Positions 51,601 through 59,800 of a stretch of DNA of 64,000 bases are shown here, in pieces. Below the pieces are notes generated by a model, which searched no databases, was not told the origin of the DNA, and saw nothing but the letters and a program-made list of their open reading frames with translations. The stretch comes from a virus. The stretch lies in IMG/VR virus record IMGVR_UViG_3300020404_000180, positions 1-64,000 of that record, one strand, 5' to 3'. Made by a program: the position numbers and the translations under genes. Every line of letters starts with the position of its first letter. Position 1 is the first letter of the stretch.

Positions 51601-52334
51601 GAGAAGTTTGTACTACCGATTGCGTTATCATATAGAGTCGCATCTTCGTCAGCAGTTATAATTCTCTCTTCTACTTTTAGACCTACTTTGTAGGATGGGT
51701 TTGTACCATACTGGTCTAAAATAATTGTCTGTTCTGCAACGGTTACAAAGTATCCTCTAACAAAGTATACACCAGCACCGATGTTAGCAGTAGAACCTCT
51801 AGAGTTAGAGTTTGAGTTCAACAACTGAGCAAGAGGAGTTCCAGCAGCAATAGTTGTTGATGCATAGGTTATATCTTCTTCACAAGTAAATGTCTCTCCA
51901 TCTGTAAATGTGCTTGTGACATTATCAGATGCTTTCTCTAGGTAGTTGACATAGAATGTAATGTTATTTCTAGTAGAGGTAGTAGCACTAATAGAAAATA
52001 AAATACGTCCACGAACACCAGAGGTAGAACCTTTTATAATTTTACCACTAAGTGCATTTCTATAATTTTCTACGTCTAGGTTAAGGTAACTGTTTTGTAT
52101 TAGAACACATGGCACATCGTTGTTCAATGTAATACCGCCAGGCACCACCATAGAACCTTCTTTATAGACACCTTGACCAAACGTGTCTATTTGGTTCTGC
52201 AATAAACTTTGCAGCGTCGTAAGTTCTCTTGCCTGTACTGGATAGCCAGGTTTGAACAATACTTTTAAAAACCCCTTATCAGAATCAAAGTCGTCGTAAT
52301 AAGGAGCTATGTTTAGGTTGGTATTCTGTGCCAT
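45654..52334 (-). CDS. DUF4815 / VrlC-like large virion structural protein
   Basis: NLNIAPYYDDFD...VLFKPGYPVQARELTTLQS, APGADRFKI, LEYYTQLSLLE, RFKNGFIVDNF, NVNPFNV, DPLAQTF, LFKSQNASTW. Confidence 0.9.
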   Translation of the reverse strand: MAQNTNLNIAPYYDDFDSDKGFLKVLFKPGYPVQARELTTLQSLLQNQIDTFGQGVYKEGSMVVPGGITLNNDVPCVLIQNSYLNLDVENYRNALSGKIIKGSTSGVRGRILFSISATTSTRNNITFYVNYLEKASDNVTSTFTDGETFTCEEDITYASTTIAAGTPLAQLLNSNSNSRGSTANIGAGVYFVRGYFVTVAEQTIILDQYGTNPSYKVGLKVEERIITADEDATLYDNAIGSTNFSAPGADRFKINLTLVKKILTAPNSADFIELLRTNIGNIEKRVERSDLSFINDILATRTKEESGNYYVKKFKVDARENLDDGFNNGVYASTELTSSGVAPSEENMSVQLSSGCAYVQGYRTERLSTTYTDVDKPRTFDTQSNQSLTSDFGNFIFTTNQHQAPTMYETVELRDTLTSTPGVAAGNVIGVTRAINFTYESGALNNQTTLYRTNIIDTQFYVKIVTTGSVTWTAGNLLFGATSGAVGFVVSGSGTTGYLYETNGEFVAGEVLKTNNASGSTFATVASGGVRKYGFGDVKSYAFGTGGTADAVLDVKVALPGSGPILSGVSGTGTSATGTITSTLSNFASQLRIGDIIEFSNNDLVHKATITAVTNNFSFTIASLTSNNIANGALTSPVIRTRPELKEANKKRLITPLGFNAVKNTNNNNTQNPAGFFRISVNTTVNGSGEASANAGAGLLWKNGADNDDFQVIITSGSGDGDVLSSGNGFSISGTSANTQTIALTGLSNTGGSDTITIIGTVYSSDRSAKAKTTERMKVLKIDDTTGSAVNGLTTVAGGFGTRVDDTSISLGTGDVFKIKAIYESKDSNDPIIPNFQYTNLLGTLAIDDVITGDSSGSRARIVSTTSNYVYFVPIEDDQFTEGETITAPNATLKISTGGITKGSTDITSSFDLDDGQRDQFYDYSRIVRKAGFAPPTHKIIVIFDRFLTTNGTSPYTVDSYPTSEYKIIPSYTNVELRDVIDYRPIVPESLTGSGSQASPFTLSGTKYFDFNNRAFTGNETGLPGLGDSTILSLQYYLPRIDKIFMSRDSVIQIVKGAPSTRPQAPEDIEDAMLLATLTYNAYVFDVEQDVSIEETNYKRYTFRDIQYLEDRIKTLEYYTQLSLLEGETASMEIRDTSGLSRFKNGFIVDNFASLATADTLHPDYRVSTDFEEGYLRPAHYTTQVPLSYSTASQNVQQTDDIITLPYTSEVLIDQPYASAVENVNPFNVFTYVGDIELYPESDNWIDTTSLNPLQGPVVEGNFLTTVREYNADQNGFSPIQWNSWKTTWTGSNTTRQVGAWRRHGKRRNRRDRTITTTTTTTTKQTRTGIRYRVTPVIEQQSLGSRVVSVEHIQFMRSRNIEFTCQKLKPRTKFFAFFDGIALPKKLITPKIMGLIKDPSSDAQTNSIPFQIGETVHVKKSNGKFRFKARVAAPNENMQINPLDGTDISATNDYTSNLGFINIDTKSLADQVKGSYYGSPKLNDYLVGETSGAVAKVSNKDMITDKQGNLRGSFFIDAPNTAGNLKFKTGTKLFRLTDSETNNRTVGVSDSNGEAEFVSSGLLQTTQETIISVRNARVTSEDQFDARTLVNVSSTSVNETRYCDPLAQTFLIEDSSLEGGVFLTKIDLFFFTKDEEIPVALDIRTVENGTPTQTILPFSKVVKQAADVFTSSDASKPTTFTFKAPVFIPYRTEHAMILTSDSNQYKVFISLLGKDAIDAAHQGEKISEQPYIGVLFKSQNASTWTPSQYEDLMFKIYRADFTLPTTAAPSRLMLENAQLGEQNGGFLNLAPNTLRTTSGSDEIRVFHSNHGMQSGLNYVKMSGVISEVADTTINMGGGFDTTSTSLTVTDASQFHTTIGGSAVSSSNLGFIRIRGTQEDGSGDEIIAYEGISGNVITINSSGRNHNGTSGSGTGFAHANNAVVECYNFDGIPLTLINTTHNSTTGGLISLNSPHSYNLKITNKTATSGITGGGTNVVVSQNVPWDALTPQIQSQLEPRTSMVARALGTSGTSCGPFPAGTTAETSFIKDTIYEDITIGEENYFTNTKVIANELNEINRMNSTKSFTMELNLSSEVSHLSPVIDLTRCSIITHANQYNNIEPTAGIGGECAGNYITKVAQLEKSATGLKVMLAANTFEQSKIVVMFKLVPVGFAGNLDELEFRYFNSTGVPDIGRLIPQNDLETFTDYEYTVEDTDEFDGFQIKISLLGYDQPYIPRVRDFRGIALA

Positions 52335-53849
52335 TTAGAATTCAATTACTACTTTGAGCTCTTCGTTTTGGTCTGCCGAACGAGTGATCGGAATACGATT
52401 ATCTATGTATAGGATTTCACCTGAGTTTAACTCTACTTCTTCATTGGCATAACCAGTGACAAATGATAAACCTAACTCATACACAGATACACCTATAGTT
52501 ATCTGTGATAAAGGAACGGATGATGTTCCAAATGTTGAATCTGGAGTTGCGGTATAAGCATTGGTTCCTGATGTAATCTGATTACTTCCAGAGAATGCTA
52601 TAACGTTTCCATTTACTGTACCATCAACTGAGTCTTGATAATACTTCAATACTTTTGTTGTTGAATCGTATGATACTACAAATCCCTTTGCATTTGTAGA
52701 TGATTGTGTGATTGTTTCGCCAGGTGCAAAGTTACCGCTAGGTGTACCAGTACCAGACTGAGGGAAGATCATTGCTTTTACAGCAGACCTTGTATTCTGA
52801 CTACACACTGTTGTTGTGTTGTAGTCGGTTGGGTTCAATACTAATCCAACACGTCTATATGTTAAATCATTAGGGAAGTCAACAAATGCACTAGTAGTTT
52901 CTAACTTACTAGCAAACATAAGTCTGTATGCACCAAGTTCTCTTACTGCATCATCTCCATGTCCGTTATTAGGAGGGAGAACAACGTCAAGAACAGCACC
53001 AGTACCATTACCGATATTAGATATCAAACTAACATCAATACTTCCGAATGTATATCCAGAACCTGCCTGAGTGATAGTCACTGTAGACACAGAACCAGAT
53101 ACAACAGTTAATGTACACAACGCTTGTGTACCACCATTGATTTCATAGTCACCACGAACAGGGACGTTCGTATATGTACCATTATTATAACCCGCTCCAG
53201 CGTTCTCAACAACCACAGTGTCAACAGAACCAGAGTTGGCAGCAGATTTTACAAGTGAGTTTGATAACACAGGGATGAACTCTGAGGTAACAAACTTTAG
53301 AATGTTGTCTGCGTCAATAGTATAGAGATACTTCCATCTGTATGAGTATACGCCAGGACTATCTGAGGTCTCAATAATTGTTGTTGATGTTCCTGTTGGT
53401 TCTACCAAAGAGGGGCGTCCTCTTGGGAAGTCAGGACTCTGACCGTTGTAAAGACACTTGTAAACATTGAAACTACTATTCATTACATAGAAGTTTGAGT
53501 CATACAATCTTGATGCTCCATTTGCAGTTGTCTTTGTGGGTGCATAATCAGGTTTGTACATAGAATATGTACGCCCTACACCACCTGTGGTTTTTGTAGG
53601 ATCAATCCAGTCAACTCTAGGAACTACGAGAGCGGTATCAGATATATCAACACGCTTAAACGCAACAGAATCACCATAAGTGGTTCTAGCATATTCAAAA
53701 CTATCAATTGGTTCGCCTGTGGGTGGCACATCTGTACTACCCCAAGTTTTTGCTCTACCTACAAACATATAGACCTTATTGGTTGCAGTAAGAGTGTCCC
53801 TAAAACTTTCCGCAGCGTATATTCTAAATTTGTCAGTAACTAATGCCAT
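52335..53849 (-). CDS. gp8: Baseplate wedge subunit
   Basis: VTDKFRIYAAESF, YMFVGR, VVPRVDW, FYVMNSSFNVYKCLYN, YRWKYLYTI, SGEILYIDNR..ITRS.DQ.EELKVVIEF. Confidence 0.93.
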   Translation of the reverse strand: MALVTDKFRIYAAESFRDTLTATNKVYMFVGRAKTWGSTDVPPTGEPIDSFEYARTTYGDSVAFKRVDISDTALVVPRVDWIDPTKTTGGVGRTYSMYKPDYAPTKTTANGASRLYDSNFYVMNSSFNVYKCLYNGQSPDFPRGRPSLVEPTGTSTTIIETSDSPGVYSYRWKYLYTIDADNILKFVTSEFIPVLSNSLVKSAANSGSVDTVVVENAGAGYNNGTYTNVPVRGDYEINGGTQALCTLTVVSGSVSTVTITQAGSGYTFGSIDVSLISNIGNGTGAVLDVVLPPNNGHGDDAVRELGAYRLMFASKLETTSAFVDFPNDLTYRRVGLVLNPTDYNTTTVCSQNTRSAVKAMIFPQSGTGTPSGNFAPGETITQSSTNAKGFVVSYDSTTKVLKYYQDSVDGTVNGNVIAFSGSNQITSGTNAYTATPDSTFGTSSVPLSQITIGVSVYELGLSFVTGYANEEVELNSGEILYIDNRIPITRSADQNEELKVVIEF

Positions 53850-53868
53850 GCGACTAAGCTTTTTTTGT

Positions 53869-53876
53869 TATTTATA
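53869..53876 (-). promoter_or_regulatory. Perfect T4 late promoter TATAAATA overlapping the gp7 stop codon
   Basis: + strand tatttata, about 20 nt upstream of the gp8 ATG. Confidence 0.8.
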
Positions 53877-56800
53877 ATGATCTTAGACGAACTTCTGGTA
53901 GCAGAGAGCAGTTTCCGCTTGCTGTCCGCGAGAATGGAAATTCGACTGTGAACGATGTTGCTGTTGTAACAGTAACTTTGTAAGAACCATCAAATCCAGT
54001 TCCTGATGTGCAATCCAAATAGAATTCCTGACCAGTACTTAAATTATGATTAGAACTTGTAGTCACGGTGCATAAAGTTCCTGATGAACTATATGTACCA
54101 GTAATGACTGGGTGTGCAGCAGCAGTGGTACCTAAGTAACCTCTACCACCAGTAGCAACAGTTAGTGTTTCTGCTACTGTATCCTTAGAACCATACAAGA
54201 TTCTTTCGGCACTCCACACACTATTTACACTGTCATAAAATGGTATCAAAATTTCACCTTCATCAGGGAATCCATTTTTCTGTGATGAATCAAACCAAAC
54301 ATTCTTTAGATTTATTGTTGTGCCAGATTGTGATAGTGTAGACGTTAGGTATGTAGCAGATAAGTTTTTAGAATTAGATATAAGTCTATTTCTTTGTTTT
54401 CTTTCCACTGCAATTGGGTGTGTTGGAAGCACAGTTGGAGCACTTGTATAATTTGCACCACCTTGTAAGTTTACTACACCTGTAACTCTACCACTACCTA
54501 TTTCTATTGTTGTTTCTGCAAATGCTCCTTCTCCACCACCACCTTGGAATAGTAGGATAGGTGGTACCTCATAGTTAGAACCAGCATTGATGATGTCTAC
54601 CTGTGTTACTGCACCGTTGACTATAGTAGCAACAAACTCTGCAGTTGATGGTCTTAGACCTGTATACTCATAACTGTCAATAGTGGTAGAACTAGAAACC
54701 TTAGCGATTGAACGGTCAGAACCCTCAGAGTCAATCTGGAATCTATCTCCTATATCTAATGAGTTAAATGTGTTGCTGACTAGAACGTCCTCAGCAGAAC
54801 CTGTAAATATGAATATTTCACAAGTTGATCCTGCACGTGGTGGTTCACTAAACTCTATAATAGAACCTGTTAGAGTAAATGCTACACCTGGCTCTTGATA
54901 GATTCCGTTTAAGAATATGAGTAGGTTGTTTTGTGCTTCTACTTCTACGTTGTCACTTTCTAGTGAGAATGGTTCAGTATCCTCTTTCATAGTAAATGTC
55001 TTCTTCTGACTATCAAAGAATGGTGCAATCTCATCTAGTAATGTCAACTTACCAAGATAGAATCCGTAGAAGTCCATGCCTGGCAGAGGTGCTTCTGTAA
55101 ATGTTATTGTGCTTCCTGTATATGTGTATGCTTCTGTAGTACCCTTGACTTGGAATGTGCTATTCAAGAATATCAAGAAGTTATCACTAGCGGGTAGTAC
55201 TTGTGTACTACCGCCTACCTGTGCAGTAAATATTTTATCAGTGCCATCAAAGGTTACTGTGTCTACTTCTACTTGGAAGAATGGTTGTGTTGCAGATGTC
55301 CTTGTAATACCATTAAGATTACCAGAACCCCCTGCTGTAGTTCCAACTGCCTGTGTTACTATCGCCCAGAGAGTTGTTATTGTCGATGCTGTGTCAATAC
55401 AACATGCTTCAGAGTATGATGTGCTTCCAGAGTCATTACTGATTGTATTGTCTTTGACCTGTGTACCTACAGTGTATGAGTTTGTAGTAACTGTAAGGTT
55501 ACGCATAACCTGACGACAAATATCTCTAGCAGCATTGAATACTTCTACAGATTGATCTTCTTCTCCTGTTAGGTGTGCTGTAGCAACATAGAAGTTAGCA
55601 GCATCATAAGTTGCATCGTTACCGCCAAACTCTATATTGTCAGCAACTGCATCTACGAGTAATTTAGTATCACGAATACACTTGACCTGATAAGAACTAG
55701 AGAATCCAGCATTGTTTGCCATCATTCTACCATATGCAGTTGTAGCAATAAATTCTTGGTTTGTTCTTAGTAGTGATGCACCATCTGCGTTCTTGCTGTA
55801 ACCATATACACCGTATGATACAACTGCTCTTGTGACAGCAGTAGAAGTGGCACTAACAAATGTATGAGTTGATGTATCAGATGATACACCGACGTTAACA
55901 GTGAATGTATCATTTGTTACTGCGTCAATTGTATGCCATGCACCCTCTGATGGGTCACCTACTCTAGGATATGTGTGCTGTGTTTGATTGTTGTCTAGAC
56001 CACATGTAAATGTAAGACTGTTTGTAGCAAAGTATATTCTGTCACCCTTAATCATGCCATGACCAGAAACAGTCACGACCATCTCACCTGTAGTTGGTGT
56101 GTAAGCAATATCTGTAGGTTGGAACTGGTATGTTGATAATCCTACCCATGTATGTGAGTCAGTGTTTGTAGCAGTTGTACCGTTCAATGCATTGACTGTA
56201 ATCGTAGTCGTACCAACCGCTTCCACAGGTATATCTTTCATCTTACCCTGTGTACCTATTGGGTCAGTAGCACGTGGATATGATGCAGTACCACCACCAT
56301 TGTAACCACAACTAAACTGTAATGATTCGTTTGCAATTCTAACTGTGGATACTGCAAACTTGACACTATTTGACACTGCAGATACAAATGTATGTGCATC
56401 AGTATTTGTAGAAGGAATACTGTCTAATACTTGTACAGTAAATGTATTTTCTGTGCAATCAAATACTTGTAACCATCTATCAGATGCGTAGTCTGTAGAA
56501 CGAGGATATGCTTCGTCACCACCACCATTGTAACCACAGTTAAATGTAATCGCACCATCTGCAAACTTAACTTGGTCACCATTGACAAGTCCATGACTAT
56601 TGATAGTTACCACCATCAAACCAGTTGTACCACTGTAGGTTGCACCGCCTGGCGTATGTGTTGTTGGTGCAGATAAACCATGACCAGATCCTATAGTCAA
56701 TACCATCTCACCAGATGCAGGAGCATAAGTTCCTGTTGATGGAAGGAAGTTCTTAACTAACTGTTCTCCAACACGAGGATCCGATATTCCTAATACATCG

Positions 56801-59800
56801 TTATCTGTATATCCATTACCAGCAGTATTAAGTGCAACTCCTGTTACCTTACCACCAGTGACTGTAATGTCAGCAGTAGCACCAACGCCTCCACCTAGAT
56901 TATTTTTCAGTGGCACGTTTGTGTATACACCATCGCTATATGTGTTGCCAGATGTAATTGCACCGAATGTTTTTATCTCATCTCCAATTTGATCTAACTG
57001 GAAACTAGATGTGTAACTTGCACGGTCATAATACATGCAAAGAATCTTAGTCTCAGCAAGAGGAGGTGTAAGGAATGTTATGGCGTCGTTTGCAAATGTA
57101 TATGTTGCAGGGTTTGTTACTAGACCATTTGTCATTACGAGTAGTTGCTTCTTATCAGCAGCATGACCAATCTTAGTTCCAATATCAATATTGTTTGTTC
57201 TCAACTTAAATGTATCGTTGATACCATCAATGAATAATCTTAGTGAGTGTCCTACACCAGTTCCTAATGATGATAGATTAATTGCACTACCACCTTCAGT
57301 AGTAGCAAGTTGTATTGTATTTGCATCTACAAATTTAACATAGTATGCAGAACCATTTGTTAGACCACCAACAGGTGTACCAGTTCTATTGTTAGGATAG
57401 TTACCAGTATTGACTGTAGGTAGAGTAGATGGATTGTCTATACCTTCTGTGATGATTCCAGACAATGTAGTAATTGCACTCTTAACGTCTGAACATCCAC
57501 CTGAGTCTACTGTAATACTCAAGTCAGTAACAGGAGCAATGTTTGTGTAAGTTCCTTCTGGTAGACTATTGGTAACTGCTAGGTTACATAAGTCTCTTGC
57601 TTTGTTAAATGCAAATATAGTCTCTGTCTCTTCACCAGCAATATGTGTAATGTATCCAACTGGGTTTGTCCTTGTGACAGTTGACAAACTGTCTGTACTA
57701 ATTGCAGTAGTAATGATATTGAACAAAGTATCCATTGCAGCGTCAACTGTGGCACATATCGCTGCATCAAATGTTACACCAGTATTTGTTACTTGAGTAA
57801 ATCCATGACTACCTTGGATATTGATAGCAGTATTAACTATGACATCAGCTGCTAACTCTTTTGCCTTATCAAATGCCCAGATTGCCTGTGTCTCTTCGCC
57901 ATCTAAGTGTACAGTATTGACATAGAGATTTGCAGCATCCCATACCTCACTGTTTGCACCGTATGTCAAGTTATATGCAATTGCCTCTATACAATCTACA
58001 ATATCATCTATACAGTTCTGAGGTCCGCCAGGCACACCAGCAAATCCACTTGGAATACCGACTGTTGCATCTTCTAACATTAGATGCACTGCCTCAGCAG
58101 CAATCAAGTTCTTATTATTCTTAAGTAAGTTACCAGCATCAATATATGCATTGCCTTGACTTATTACTCCACCAATGTATGAGTTAGTTGCTGCAACAGT
58201 AAAGTAGTTACCACCATACTTGAGGTCATTAGTCCATGCAGCAATTACTAATCTTGTGTCTCTAGCACATGTTGCATTGTTATAGTTGAGTGATGGATAC
58301 TGTGCATTCAAAGCACCAATAGTCTCTTCTACAATATGGTCGATGTTGTTGATAATCAAATCTCTAGCATCTTGGAATCTATCACCACCAGCGTTGTAGA
58401 TTACACGTTGGTTATTAAGGAATCCATGACCAGTAAGTGTAATTTGGTCACTACTTGTGTTGACGATGCTGCTAGAAGATGCATCGAAGTTAATTGTTCT
58501 GTCACTGATGTCATCAATCTTATAAACGATACAAGATAAGATTTTCTGTATGTCTAGTAGTTGTCTACCAAAAATCGAGACCTCAGTTGGTACAAGTGCA
58601 CTGTAGTCGGGTTTGGCAAGTGCAAAATTGTTAATAGTAGCAAGCTTACCAGTATTCTTAGCAGACGGTTTAGGTGTAACGTAGGTTGTTCCATTGAAGG
58701 TGCTTCCAATACTATTTGTTGTCGGTACCCACCAGTCAGTAGAATTACCAGAGTTCAAGTCTAGATTTGCTTTAGACCTGTAATCCTTTTTAACTGTCTG
58801 TGTAATGACCTGTGTTCCAACAACCTTGAATCCAGCAGGATGTGCTGCAAACTTAAGTGGATTCTTCCAGTTGTTGATATTAACTGATGATGATATGTCA
58901 TATGAGAACTCTTGGAACCTATCGCTATCATATACACGCTGTTCATTAAGATCCAAGAATCCAGTTGTCCTTTCCCAACCAGATGCACTGATACTAATAG
59001 GTGATACGTCAAATACTGCATCTGCACGACTAAATGCATGTATCTGACCAAATGCTGCAGTCTCTTCTCCAAATACAGGTTCGCCAACCTTAAACTCGCC
59101 TTCTACTATCTCTACACTAACAACACGACCAGATGCGTCCCAATTCTTCACAAAACCGTATGCAGTGAATGAACTTGTTGATGCACCTTGATAAATCCTC
59201 TCTCCAACCGAGAAAGTTGCTGGTTTCATAAATGCATTGATGGTATCACCTAAATCTGTTGTTTCTAGTAAGAAATAAGTTTGACCTGTTGATATATCGC
59301 CTGTTGGTGCACTTGTAAACGTAATAGTGGTTTCTGTGTTTGCATTTGCAAGAGATGTCGCTAATCTAATCTGATTATCTGCTAATCCGTTTGCAGTGGT
59401 TGCTGCAACCGCATAATAGGTTGTATTTGGTAATAATGGTTCTGGGAACTGTCCTGATTGCTGAACTAGAGTTACTTTTGTGCCAGAAGGTATTTTTGCA
59501 TTATAAGGGAAGTTGATAGTGCTACTTGACTGTAATCCAACCCAAGTATGTGTAACTTTAGCAGATACAGTTGGTGCAGACGTAAATCCTCTACCAGCGT
59601 TCTCTACAAGCACTGATTGGATGACTTCGTTCTCAATAATTGGTTTTAATGAGAATAATGACCCTTGACCACCTGTAAGAACGATTGTTGGGTTAGCAAC
59701 GAAGTTTTGACCACCATTTACAACATCTAGGTAGTCAATGACCTGAGTTCTGATTAATTGTAGATTATAGGTTGTGTTTAGTGATGGTTTTAGTGTTCTA

